From Candidatus Bathyarchaeia archaeon (lineage in GTDB: Archaea; Thermoproteota; Bathyarchaeia; Bathyarchaeales; Bathycorpusculaceae): a stretch of 64,000 nt of DNA. Positions 1-9,565 of the stretch are shown one piece after another (position 1 is the stretch's first letter; the number at the start of each line of letters is the position of its first letter). A program made the position numbers and the translations under genes. Under the pieces are notes generated by a model, which did no database searches, was not told the origin of the DNA, and was given only the letters and a program-made list of their open reading frames with translations. The stretch covers positions 800,001-864,000 of the forward strand of contig JBEKKK010000001.1 in assembly GCA_050010755.1 (NCBI GenBank), written 5' to 3'.

Positions 1-1
1 T

Positions 2-514
2 CAACAGGAAGGATGCGATGCAAACGGAATATACAACAAGTGCCTCGAAGCCGCACGCATTTCAGAAAAATCCGGTAGAAAATACCCGGCGCTAGTTGTT
101 CCAGCGTCTGACGGCGAGAACGGAAACGTCATGATGAACCATTTCTTCGCCGACACGTTCATTCCGTTCTTCAGAGAAAAACTGAACAGCGAAGTTTCCT
201 CGATGACCATTACTCAATACCTCAAAGAGTATCCTCCCGACAGCGAGATCGAGCTGCAATCCATCGGAGGCTCATGGTTGGGGAGCCATTCACACTGGGA
301 GGGCGGAGAAAAACAGTTGGAGATGAAGAAGAAGATAGAAGAGCTGAGCAGCAGATTTCACGCTTCGGAGGGAAAAGCATCAAGAAGCGAGGAGGCGCTG
401 AAAGCACTCCTCATGGCTGAGACGAGCTGCTACGTGTACTGGAACAGCAGCTTCTGGTTCGACCAAGGAGAAAAAATGATAAAATTCGCATACCAAAAAA
501 TGGAGCAGGCTTAA
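2..514 (+). CDS. Glycoside hydrolase family 57, C-terminal part (5' end outside window)
   Basis: Frame is open from base 2 (QQEGCDANG...VVPASDGENGNVMMNHFF). DGEN acid/base motif, GGSW and LLMAETS.Y.YW parallel the GH57 at 3042-4259. Confidence 0.85.
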   Translation, partial: QQEGCDANGIYNKCLEAARISEKSGRKYPALVVPASDGENGNVMMNHFFADTFIPFFREKLNSEVSSMTITQYLKEYPPDSEIELQSIGGSWLGSHSHWEGGEKQLEMKKKIEELSSRFHASEGKASRSEEALKALLMAETSCYVYWNSSFWFDQGEKMIKFAYQKMEQA

Positions 515-525
515 CCCTTGCACAT

Positions 526-1731
526 TCAACCCGATGCCTTCCACGCGCCATTATTGTACTCGTTCCGAACAGCATCGTAAACGCCACTTGTCCACTCTGC
601 AATCTTGTCCCAGTTGTAGTTCCACAGGCACTTTCGATACGCGTTCTCAACCACGTAGTTCTTGAACCCAACATCTCTCAACATCCTGAGAATTGCCCCC
701 GCCAACGCTGGAGGATCACCTGTTGGAACCCTCAGGCCAGTGCCGCCGTCGTCCACGATTTCATTCAGTCCACCGGTAGAAGTCGTCACCAAGGGGCAGT
801 GAGCGGCCATGGCTTCAAGTGCCACTATCCCGAAGGGCTCGAATTTCGATGGGACAACGGTCACGTCTGCCACACGATACAGAGCTCTTAGAACCCAATC
901 GTCAATGTATCCTGCAAACATCACTTTTTCGGCCAGACCGCGTTCGCTGACGATCCCTTGATACACTTCTTTTTGAGGTCCCTCTCCAACCACGACTAGT
1001 TTGACGTTCACGCCTCCATCGAGAATCATGGGTAACGCGTTGATGAGAGTGTCTAAGCCCTTTTCAGTAACTAGCCTCCCGACGAACAGTAAGATTCTTT
1101 CGGAGGCGTGTGCAAATCGATTCCTGACATCCCAATAGTTGAAGCCGAAGCTGAATTTTGAAACGTCGACGCCGTTGGGTATAACGCACACTTTGTTTTC
1201 GGGCAGATGGAAACACCAGGCGACGTGGCTGCGCATATAATAAGAACAGGTGATAACCCGCCAAGATTCAAAGGTAATCCAGCCCTCAATCTGATGAATC
1301 GACGCCTGAAAATCATTGTGGATCCCCGTTCTTCTGCCATATTCCGTGCTGTGCATCGTCGTAATCAAGGGTTTCCTGTACAGATGCTTCAGTCCGACGC
1401 CCGCGACGCCGGAAAGCCAATCGTGCGCGTGGATAATGTCGAACCCTCCTGTTCCGCTGATTAAGTCGCTGCCAGCGATCTCCATGTTCTTCTGCATTCG
1501 AAGGGCCCAACCCAGAAACGAGTCTCCAGTGGCATACGCTTCAAACCTGTCGACGTTGACGCCGTCGATGCTCTCGAACTTCTTAGCACCGGGAAAGTTG
1601 CATGTCATAACATTAACTTCTAAGCCCCTGCGAACGAGGGCCCTGGAGAGATCAAAAACGTGTGAAGCTATGCCCCCTATTATTCGGGGAGGAAATTCCC
1701 ATGATAGATGAAGAATCCGCATTCGCATCAC
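526..1731 (-). CDS. GT4 (GT-B) glycosyltransferase, glycogen-synthase-like
   Basis: WEFPPRIIGG, HAHDW, FVGRL..EKG and EPFGIVALEAMA motifs; 401 aa. Confidence 0.93.
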   Translation of the reverse strand: MMRMRILHLSWEFPPRIIGGIASHVFDLSRALVRRGLEVNVMTCNFPGAKKFESIDGVNVDRFEAYATGDSFLGWALRMQKNMEIAGSDLISGTGGFDIIHAHDWLSGVAGVGLKHLYRKPLITTMHSTEYGRRTGIHNDFQASIHQIEGWITFESWRVITCSYYMRSHVAWCFHLPENKVCVIPNGVDVSKFSFGFNYWDVRNRFAHASERILLFVGRLVTEKGLDTLINALPMILDGGVNVKLVVVGEGPQKEVYQGIVSERGLAEKVMFAGYIDDWVLRALYRVADVTVVPSKFEPFGIVALEAMAAHCPLVTTSTGGLNEIVDDGGTGLRVPTGDPPALAGAILRMLRDVGFKNYVVENAYRKCLWNYNWDKIAEWTSGVYDAVRNEYNNGAWKASG

Positions 1732-2358
1732 TCACGTTATGGCCCGGTTGTACACTGAAATGACTTCATCAACCCAGTTCGGGCCGACAGGCCAGATTAC
1801 CCTCATTTTCCCATTGTGACCCTCACCGTAGTATCTCAATATCTCCCTTTTCAACGACTCAGTGTTCGTGATCACCGTTTTAGATTCCCACATTCCCATG
1901 TCCTCAATTTCCTTGATTGCCAAGCTGGTAGCGTTGAAATTGTCGTGGCACCGATGCCCTTCGATTGAATGAAAGGTCATGACGAAGGGAATGTGAAAGG
2001 CGTGTTTGAGAACGATAGCCGGATATGTCGTAAGCCACTCGTGAGCATGAACAATATCGATTCTTTTCCCTAGCTGTTTATAGAAATGAATGATGTTTGA
2101 GGATTCAGTTTCCATCTGCAGCGAAGCTGTAACGTCATAACTGAGTATGCTAGCCATCGGATGAGTCTTGACAGGATTGGCAACTCTGTGGACGTGAACG
2201 CCGGAAACATCTTCAAACCCTGGCTTCAAATCGTCCAGAGCTACCAGTTCAACCTCGTTTCCTCGTCTGAGAAGCTCATGGGCCAGCGTGCTCACGTGGT
2301 CAGCGACATTTCCAAGGCGTTTGGGCGGATATTCCCAGCTAAGCAACAGAATGCGCAT
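1732..2358 (-). CDS. Stand-alone GT4 N-terminal (acceptor) domain protein
   Basis: WEYPP, HAHEW and TFHSIEG motifs, with no C-terminal EPFG..LEA domain. Stop codon abuts the start of the full GT4. Confidence 0.85.
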   Translation of the reverse strand: MRILLLSWEYPPKRLGNVADHVSTLAHELLRRGNEVELVALDDLKPGFEDVSGVHVHRVANPVKTHPMASILSYDVTASLQMETESSNIIHFYKQLGKRIDIVHAHEWLTTYPAIVLKHAFHIPFVMTFHSIEGHRCHDNFNATSLAIKEIEDMGMWESKTVITNTESLKREILRYYGEGHNGKMRVIWPVGPNWVDEVISVYNRAIT

Positions 2359-2391
2359 CGGCGAGCCACTGGTAGGGATAGAGTTGCGAGG

Positions 2392-2964
2392 TCACGAGCG
2401 TGTTTTGCCCAATCTCAATCGTTCTATGCGAGCGTCTGTCAACCCTGTAATGCGGGTTCTGAGCTCTTCACCGTAGAGGTTTGAGGTTCTTAATCGCTCA
2501 AAATCTTTGGCCAGCTCTGCATCACCAAGAACATCCTTGCACCATTTTGCAAAGTCGCCTCTCTTAACGTGAAACTCCAACGATTTGGGATCAACCTTCT
2601 TTGCTTTTTCCTTAAAATCTGAGAGGCTGCAAGCGGACATTTTCGCGGACTTGTCCTGTCCGAATCCAGTGTAAAAGTGGAAGCATTTTTCCTGAGGCAG
2701 TGCCGAGTAAACTTCCTTTGCACTTTCCGGCAGCACTCCTATCGCAATTAGTCCGAGAGGAGTCAATTTGTAGGCAGAGGGATCTTCTTGCGTCTTGTTC
2801 AGAAACATTTTTTGTTCCAACGATTTCAGATAGACGGATAGATCCTGAGTGGTGTAGGGTTCTCCCAGACCCACCGCAAGGCTGTCGGGCGTTGCTTTTC
2901 CCAGCGAGTTAATCTTTTTTAGCACAACGATCTCGTCTTTCGAGGATACAGACACGGAAAGCAC
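2392..2964 (-). CDS. Winged-helix + DUF5752-like domain protein
   Basis: N-terminal wHTH (..YKLTPLG). C-terminal F.FY.G.G...A.SL.DF.....SLEFH..RGDF.KW....GD.ELA is homologous to the tail of 7937-9469. Confidence 0.8.
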   Translation of the reverse strand: MLSVSVSSKDEIVVLKKINSLGKATPDSLAVGLGEPYTTQDLSVYLKSLEQKMFLNKTQEDPSAYKLTPLGLIAIGVLPESAKEVYSALPQEKCFHFYTGFGQDKSAKMSACSLSDFKEKAKKVDPKSLEFHVKRGDFAKWCKDVLGDAELAKDFERLRTSNLYGEELRTRITGLTDARIERLRLGKTRS

Positions 2965-3041
2965 CTGAGTCTCAGATAGTGGGCATCCACCATAATAACT
3001 TTATCTTCCAACCCCCAATCTGTCTTAAGGGTGGCAGCAGA

Positions 3042-4259
3042 ATGGACAAGCAACCTTTGCATTTTGCCTTGGTATTGCACATGCATCAGCCAAGGTACAA
3101 CCTGTACGGCCCCACCTACGAGTCTGAGATGGCCCGCGACGTTTTCAACCAGACACTTCATCCCTACACGTACCCTTCAGAAGCGCTGAGAAAAGAAGAG
3201 AATGCGAGGATCACTCTAAACTTCACGGGCAGCTTGATTGAACAAATTAACGAGCTCGCAACCGTCGGGTTCGATCCAAGACTGAACGGACTATGGGACA
3301 GATACCAAGAGACACGCACCCTCGGCAGAGCAGAGTTCACAGGCTGCGGCTATTTTCACCCAATATTCCCGCTCATCCCAGAGGCAGACCGACTGAAACA
3401 AATTGAAAAACATCTGAACCTCTACGAGCGAACCTTCGGAACGAGACCAGAGGGATTATGGCTTCCAGAACTCGCCTTCAGCCCCAAGATAATCCCCGTG
3501 CTGGCAAAGAGTGGCGTAAAATGGACGATAGTTGACGGCCCTCACATCGTCAACGCCAACAAAGACAAGAACATGTATCAACTGTTGTACAGACCCCACT
3601 TTGCGGAGTACGATGGACACCGCATAATTGTCATCCCCCGCGACAGGATGATCAGCATCGCTCAACAAAGTGGCTACAACCCCGTATGGCTCAAACACGA
3701 GGTTGAAAGAGAAATCGAACCAAACAACGATGGAGAGTTCCTATTGACCGTGGCCACAGACGGAGAAAACGGATGGTTCCGCCACTCCGGAGAGAACGCC
3801 GGATTCTGGGGATGGTTCTTCGAACCCCTCCTCTATCTCCTGAAGAAAGATCCCGACTTCCAATTCATAAAATTGACAACTATAACCGAATACCTCGCTG
3901 AACATCCGCCGAAAGACATCGTGAGTGTTGAGGATGGAAGCTGGAATGTTCCAGACACGTTTGACGATGGCAGGTTCCTGAAGTGGACTGGGAGTGAAGA
4001 GAAGCAAAAAACCTGGAGCCGCGTTCTCGAGGCCAGCGCAATTCTGCGTGAAACGGAAGAAAAGATAGAAACCGGGAGGGTGAACTGTCCGCCAGCGGCG
4101 ATCGACGCGTTAGATCAGGCTTGCCGCTGGCTGCTGATGGCCGAGGCGAGCGACGATTTCTGGTGGGGAAGCAAAGACTGGCTAGATCGATCCGTCGTCT
4201 GCTCCCTCAAAGCCAGGGAAAAAATCAATGAAGCATCAAGTCTCTGTAGAATCACGTAG
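3042..4259 (+). CDS. Glycoside hydrolase family 57
   Basis: HMHQP, FHPIFPL, WLPE (nucleophile), ATDGENG (acid/base) and AEASD..WW. ATG 3042 preferred over the ORF-track start 2979. Confidence 0.92.
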   Translation: MDKQPLHFALVLHMHQPRYNLYGPTYESEMARDVFNQTLHPYTYPSEALRKEENARITLNFTGSLIEQINELATVGFDPRLNGLWDRYQETRTLGRAEFTGCGYFHPIFPLIPEADRLKQIEKHLNLYERTFGTRPEGLWLPELAFSPKIIPVLAKSGVKWTIVDGPHIVNANKDKNMYQLLYRPHFAEYDGHRIIVIPRDRMISIAQQSGYNPVWLKHEVEREIEPNNDGEFLLTVATDGENGWFRHSGENAGFWGWFFEPLLYLLKKDPDFQFIKLTTITEYLAEHPPKDIVSVEDGSWNVPDTFDDGRFLKWTGSEEKQKTWSRVLEASAILRETEEKIETGRVNCPPAAIDALDQACRWLLMAEASDDFWWGSKDWLDRSVVCSLKAREKINEASSLCRIT

Positions 4260-5439
4260 GCTTCCAAGAACCCGCATTATACACTTCGAGTACCTGTTCA
4301 TAAAACTCCTTTGTCTGCCTCGCAATCTTTGCCCAATCGTAAACATGCACCGCCTTCTGGTACGCGTTGTCCTTAATCCAGTTGGCGTATCCGGGATCCA
4401 AAAGCACTCTCGTCACGCCCCACGCGACTGAGTCTGCGTTCCCGGGGAAAACCTTGGTTCCAGTTCTATCGTGTTCAACGATTTCTGAGAGACCGCCCGA
4501 GTTTGATGCTACCAGCGCCGTCTTCGCTGCCATCGCTTCTAGCGCCGTGATGCCAAACGGTTCGTAAAGAGAAGGCACGACGCAGACATCGGCGATTTGA
4601 TACAGCTTTCTGAGACGGTCGTCGTCCAGAAAGCCTGTGAAAATAACCTTGTGTGAAAGGTGCATGTTGGCCACTTGCCGCGTGAGAGAATCCCTCATGC
4701 CGCCGTCACCGACAACCACGAATTTCGCGTTCGCTCTGGAAAGGATTTTCGGGATAGCGTTGATTAAGGTCTGCACGCCCTTTTCATAGACCAAGCGGCC
4801 GACGAAGAGCACAATCTTCTCTTCAGGCGACGCGAACCTCTTCCTGAACTCAGCCTTGTCGAACTCCTTCTGATACACACTCACGTCAACGCCGTTAGGA
4901 ATAATCGTCACCCTATCCTCGGAAAGACCGAAGGCCCACCTCACCTGCCAAGACATGTACCAGCTGCAGCAGACAACTCGCCAAGACTCGTGAGCGAGCC
5001 AGTTTTCGGTTTGATGAATCATCCTTTCATAATCCGTGTGAAGTCCGTTCCTCCTGCCGATTTCGGTCGAGTGTATGGTGGCAACAAGTGGGATTCTGAA
5101 GACGTGTTTGAGGCCGACAGCGGCGTTTGCCACGAGCCAATCATGGGCGTGTATTATGTCAACTCGGCCGTCGAGACTGCTGATGAGAGCAGCCGTTTCT
5201 TTTTGCATGTTCACGTTCATCAAGGAGTCCCAAGTCGCAAAGTCCGGGGAAGGAGTTTTATATGAATCTACTCTCAGCACGTGTGCACCGTTCACCGTCT
5301 CGCTTTCCGGGGCCCCGGGAAAGTCGCATGTCACGATGTAAGTATCTACACCGAGTTTTACGAGTTCTCGCGACAGATTGAAAAGATGAGCCGAGAGTCC
5401 GCCCACCGTTCTCGGCGGAAACTCCCACGATAGCATCAC
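4252..5439 (-). CDS. GT4 glycosyltransferase, glycogen-synthase-like
   Basis: WEFPP, HAHDW and EPFGITALEAMA. The true start may be CTG at 5460, overlapping the upstream TGA. Confidence 0.93.
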   Translation of the reverse strand: MMLSWEFPPRTVGGLSAHLFNLSRELVKLGVDTYIVTCDFPGAPESETVNGAHVLRVDSYKTPSPDFATWDSLMNVNMQKETAALISSLDGRVDIIHAHDWLVANAAVGLKHVFRIPLVATIHSTEIGRRNGLHTDYERMIHQTENWLAHESWRVVCCSWYMSWQVRWAFGLSEDRVTIIPNGVDVSVYQKEFDKAEFRKRFASPEEKIVLFVGRLVYEKGVQTLINAIPKILSRANAKFVVVGDGGMRDSLTRQVANMHLSHKVIFTGFLDDDRLRKLYQIADVCVVPSLYEPFGITALEAMAAKTALVASNSGGLSEIVEHDRTGTKVFPGNADSVAWGVTRVLLDPGYANWIKDNAYQKAVHVYDWAKIARQTKEFYEQVLEVYNAGSWKPT

Positions 5440-5456
5440 GACTCGAAGATGCTTGT

Positions 5457-6089
5457 TCAGTTTGCAGGTACCCCCAGCTTCTGATAAACCGCTAAAATGC
5501 TATTTATCCAAGATTCGGCATCAGGCGAAACCACCTCTATCCTGTTGTCTAAGATGTTGTAGTGACGCTTCAATTCTTGCTTCATCCATTCCGATTTGAC
5601 CAGGACGCTCGCGGCTTCAGACAATCCTAGAGACTCCATGCTTCTTATGGACGAGCTCAGAGGGGCACCGCTGTTTCGAGATCGGTGAGGTTCGAGACTG
5701 TCTACCGAAAAAACAAATGGAATCTTTAACGCCTTTTTCAACGTGACGGCGGCTGGTACGAAGTGCCAATCGTGCACGTCGATGAGATCCACCTCGTGCT
5801 TCATCGAATAATAGATGTCTGCGGCGACACGTTCGGCTTCTTGATTCAGGCTCAACATCCACGTTAGAACGTTTATTTGAGGTTGAACCTTGTCCGAGAT
5901 TCTGTATGCCTTAATGCCGTCTGCGCCCTGATGAAAACCGGTCCAAGAATTGTTATACGTGACAACGTACACGTCGACGCTTTTCTTCACCAATTCCGCC
6001 GCAAGCCTGTTCACGTAATGCGCGAGTTGGCCGATGATTCTCGGAGGAAATTCCCACGTGAAAATTATCACGCGCACGAGAGAGCGCAC
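5457..6089 (-). CDS. Stand-alone GT4 N-terminal domain protein
   Basis: WEFPPRIIG and DVHDW; 210 aa with no donor-binding domain. Paralog of 1732-2358. Confidence 0.85.
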   Translation of the reverse strand: MRSLVRVIIFTWEFPPRIIGQLAHYVNRLAAELVKKSVDVYVVTYNNSWTGFHQGADGIKAYRISDKVQPQINVLTWMLSLNQEAERVAADIYYSMKHEVDLIDVHDWHFVPAAVTLKKALKIPFVFSVDSLEPHRSRNSGAPLSSSIRSMESLGLSEAASVLVKSEWMKQELKRHYNILDNRIEVVSPDAESWINSILAVYQKLGVPAN

Positions 6090-6093
6090 TTCC

Positions 6094-6354
6094 TCAGCTG
6101 AAAAACGAGGAGACTCTTATTATCCCCTTGCCCGTGAGGTAGAATCTTCTGTTTCCCTCGTGATCGCGGTAGTCTGCGACGTATCCGTCGGAAACATGCT
6201 TGTCCAAGTTCTGGTTGACCGTATTAACGTCTGTTTGAAGAATCTGAGCCAAATCCTCGCTTTTCCTAGCCATTTCGCCGCTAGTGGCAGATAGATTATG
6301 CATGGTAATCAGAAGACGCTCTGACAGAGAAGCCTCATACTCGCTCAACTTCAT
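6094..6354 (-). CDS. Small winged-helix protein
   Basis: 86 aa; aligns end to end with the C-terminal domain of 6444-7919 (RFYLTGKGIIRVSSFFS vs RYYLTKLGIVKVLSAFS). Confidence 0.85.
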   Translation of the reverse strand: MKLSEYEASLSERLLITMHNLSATSGEMARKSEDLAQILQTDVNTVNQNLDKHVSDGYVADYRDHEGNRRFYLTGKGIIRVSSFFS

Positions 6355-6443
6355 CAGTCTCTTCCTTCAAGAAGATGACCGACCAAATAACTTTTGTGCA
6401 AGAGACCTTTAATACATGTCAACACACGTCAATGTGATTATTA

Positions 6444-7919
6444 ATGACCCCTCGCCGTCTGACCGTTCTGATGCTTAGCTGGGAATTTCCGCCCAGAATT
6501 ATTGGGGGAATCTCCTCACACGTGAATGATCTCTCGATGGCTCTGACCAGTAGGAATGTTATGGTTCATGTAGTCACGTGCGACTTTCCAGGAGCCCCAG
6601 AGTACGAGCGAGTAGGCGGGGTCGAGGTGCACCGCTTCAACTCGAAGATACCATCTACGACCTTCCTAGGATGGGTTTTCTCAATGAACCAGGCCATGGC
6701 CGAAAAAGCCATCGACGTCATCAACGATAGCAACGAAGAGATAGACATTATCCACGCTCATGACTGGCTCGTCGCCGAAGCGGCCGTGAAAGTCAGCCAG
6801 GCATTCACGAAACCATTGGTCTCAACGATACACGCAACTGAAATGGGAAGAAGGAGCGGAATACACAACGATTACCAGAGGACCATAAACGAAGTGGAAT
6901 GGCACCTCGTCAACCAGAGCTCAGAGGTAATATGTTGCAGCAATTACATGGCTCATCAGGTTTCCTCCGCCTTCAACGTACAAGGTTCCAAACTTCATGT
7001 GATTCCAAACGGCGTGAACGCCGCCAAGTTCAGCGGCAGCATCGGCACAATGCCCGTCAAACAGCAGTACGCAATGAACGGTGAGAAAATAGTGTCCTTC
7101 GTCGGAAGGCTCGTTCACGAGAAGGGAGTGCACGTCCTCATCGGCGCAGTGCCCAAAGTGTTGACGGAGGTGCCTAAGGTCAACTTCGTAATCGTCGGGG
7201 AAGGAGGGATGAAGGATTATTTGGCGAAGGAGGCGTATGACTTCGGCGTCGCCGATCATGTCTTTTTTGCAGGTTTTGTTGATGAAAAAACGTTGATTTC
7301 GATTTACAGGGCGAGTGACGCTGCCGTTTTCCCCTCTCTTTACGAGCCGTTCGGCATCACTGCTCTAGAAGCGATGGCAGCGAAGACGCCGGTCATAGTG
7401 ACGGACACTGGAGGACTGGCCGAGATAGTGGAACATGAAAAGACAGGCATCAAGGTTTTCGTGGACAACTCGGATTCGTTGGCCTGGGGAATCCTGAGAG
7501 TGCTTAAAAACCCTGGGGTCGCAAAAAAGTTTCGTGAGAATGGCTACCAAGAAGTTCTCAGAGAGTATGATTGGAGCGCCATCGCCGAAAGAACCCTGGA
7601 AGTCTATAATAGCGCACTCGTGTCGACTTCCAGACCTGAACCAATTCGCATGAAATTTCCTTCATTCACGTTCGAAGAGCATCCTCCAGAAATGAGAATC
7701 CTTCTTTTGATGCACATTCTCGGAGCCCTCGACGACGAAAACGCCAAGCGACCCGCAGAGCTGGTGGAAATACTGGGAATGGACGCCAAGACGCTGCGTG
7801 TTCTGCTGCAGAAACTCGTGGACTCCGGTTACATAATCTCTTTCAGAGACAATCTCCGGCGGGTCCGGTATTACCTCACCAAACTCGGCATAGTCAAAGT
7901 GCTGTCAGCTTTTTCCTAA
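6444..7919 (+). CDS. GT4 glycosyltransferase with C-terminal winged-helix domain
   Basis: Complete GT4 motifs over ~390 aa, then a linker and a ~75-aa wHTH. Confidence 0.9.
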   Translation: MTPRRLTVLMLSWEFPPRIIGGISSHVNDLSMALTSRNVMVHVVTCDFPGAPEYERVGGVEVHRFNSKIPSTTFLGWVFSMNQAMAEKAIDVINDSNEEIDIIHAHDWLVAEAAVKVSQAFTKPLVSTIHATEMGRRSGIHNDYQRTINEVEWHLVNQSSEVICCSNYMAHQVSSAFNVQGSKLHVIPNGVNAAKFSGSIGTMPVKQQYAMNGEKIVSFVGRLVHEKGVHVLIGAVPKVLTEVPKVNFVIVGEGGMKDYLAKEAYDFGVADHVFFAGFVDEKTLISIYRASDAAVFPSLYEPFGITALEAMAAKTPVIVTDTGGLAEIVEHEKTGIKVFVDNSDSLAWGILRVLKNPGVAKKFRENGYQEVLREYDWSAIAERTLEVYNSALVSTSRPEPIRMKFPSFTFEEHPPEMRILLLMHILGALDDENAKRPAELVEILGMDAKTLRVLLQKLVDSGYIISFRDNLRRVRYYLTKLGIVKVLSAFS

Positions 7920-7936
7920 AACAGAAGTTCCGTTCC

Positions 7937-9469
7937 TCATTGAAGAACAGGCTTCGCGGTCTCTGTCAATCGTGATTGCACTGCAGTTATCAGCTTCCTT
8001 CGAAGTTCTTCACCCTGAGCTTTCGAGGTTCGAATGCGTTCCAGTCGTCTCGCCAATTCCTCGTCACGCAACGAAAGGGTTGCCCACTTTTCAATGTCTC
8101 CTTTCTTGTTGTGGAATTCGATGAGCGTTGTGTCGATTGTTTGGATTGCATTCAGAAAGCCGACCAGGCTCCAAGCCTTGATGCCCGTGAAATTCTCTTC
8201 TCCCGGACCCTTGTAGAACAGGAATGGTTCGTTCGCGGCGTGTACAAAGTTCCGCAGTTTTGATTCGAAGTCGAGCAGGACTCCTTGCGCGTTCACGAAG
8301 GCGTCTGTCGCCGATTTGTAGGGACTGAAGTACGTGTGCACTTCGCCTGGCGCTCCTCCGGCAGAGAACATGTAATACAGGTGGTCGCTCGTCAGAAGAT
8401 ACCGCCATAACCTGAGAAACTCCGTGTCTTCTGACTCTTTCGCAAGCGGTTCCAACTCCTTGCTTGTCGTGTAGTATGCCCATTGCATCGTGTTTCCGAG
8501 CCAGCCGCTCGTGTCCCTGTTGATGTCTGCCCACGATATGGTGCCGCCTAGTTCTCCGACGTCGATTTCTCCCTCGCCCCCGTGTTTGCTCAGCACTTCG
8601 GAGGGAGTTGACATGGAGAGGTTGTCATGCTTGAAGATTTCCAGGGGTAGATTCTTGAGAAACTCGTGTATGCCTGTCTCGGGCCAGTGGTGTTCTCCGA
8701 AAGTTTCATAATCTGGAAAAATCGTCACGCACTGTCCTTGAGCCGCTGCCAACCATGATGCGTATTTGTCAGCCGTTAGCGGCCAGTCACTCCACGATCT
8801 TACGGAAAACCGGAACGCAACGTCATCGGTCAACTTGAAGTTTCTGAGAAGAACCTTGAGTCTCTCGCAGCCCTTAGCCCTGTAAACATAATTCGGGGAC
8901 CTCCCCTTCAAGATCCTGTCGACTCCCTCAGTGAACATGGCGCCAAACCCCATTTTATCCACGACCTTTGCGATGGCGTTGTTGTACATCAACTCCGTGT
9001 TCTCAAAGGCGACAGGTTCAGAATGAAACAAGTCTTTCATCAACTGGTGGTGCATCTGGACTTCTTCCATGAACTCGTCCCTCACAGGATACAATGCCGC
9101 CAAGGAATGATAGTAGGGCATGTCTAGAAACTCGACGCAGCCCGTGTCGCTTAACTGCTTGAACGATTCGATGAGGTCAGGGTTGAAACTTTCGCATTGC
9201 TCAAGGAAAACGCCTGAAATGCTGAATGAAACCTTGACTCTCTTTCTCTCCCTCTTGAACTTGTCGATCAGGTCGAACAGAATGCTGTTTGCGGGAAAAT
9301 AGCATTTTTTGGCCGCGCGGTCGAAAATCTCCTTGTTCTTCGAGTTGTCAAAATAGAAATCAAACAGTTCCTCCTTGGTTTTCCTTCGAAACATGCTTCT
9401 TTCCCAGAAAAAATTCTCCCTAAGCCGGTAGGGCTGATGGACTTTGAAAATGAAAAGCAGGTCAACCAA
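7937..9469 (-). CDS. GH57 alpha-amylase-like enzyme with C-terminal DUF5752-like domain
   Basis: HQPYRL, YYHSLA, NTEL, DYETFGEH and TSDHLYYM; tail PFLFYKGPG..AWSL..F...IEFH..GDIEKW. Confidence 0.92.
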   Translation of the reverse strand: MVDLLFIFKVHQPYRLRENFFWERSMFRRKTKEELFDFYFDNSKNKEIFDRAAKKCYFPANSILFDLIDKFKRERKRVKVSFSISGVFLEQCESFNPDLIESFKQLSDTGCVEFLDMPYYHSLAALYPVRDEFMEEVQMHHQLMKDLFHSEPVAFENTELMYNNAIAKVVDKMGFGAMFTEGVDRILKGRSPNYVYRAKGCERLKVLLRNFKLTDDVAFRFSVRSWSDWPLTADKYASWLAAAQGQCVTIFPDYETFGEHHWPETGIHEFLKNLPLEIFKHDNLSMSTPSEVLSKHGGEGEIDVGELGGTISWADINRDTSGWLGNTMQWAYYTTSKELEPLAKESEDTEFLRLWRYLLTSDHLYYMFSAGGAPGEVHTYFSPYKSATDAFVNAQGVLLDFESKLRNFVHAANEPFLFYKGPGEENFTGIKAWSLVGFLNAIQTIDTTLIEFHNKKGDIEKWATLSLRDEELARRLERIRTSKAQGEELRRKLITAVQSRLTETAKPVLQ

Positions 9470-9565
9470 TCTTCATCACCGAGTCGAAATCGACAGAACG
9501 TGCAGAATTCGCTTAAACTTTGCGGTTTCTATTGTTTGATCCTCCTTCAATCTTGAACGAAGCCG

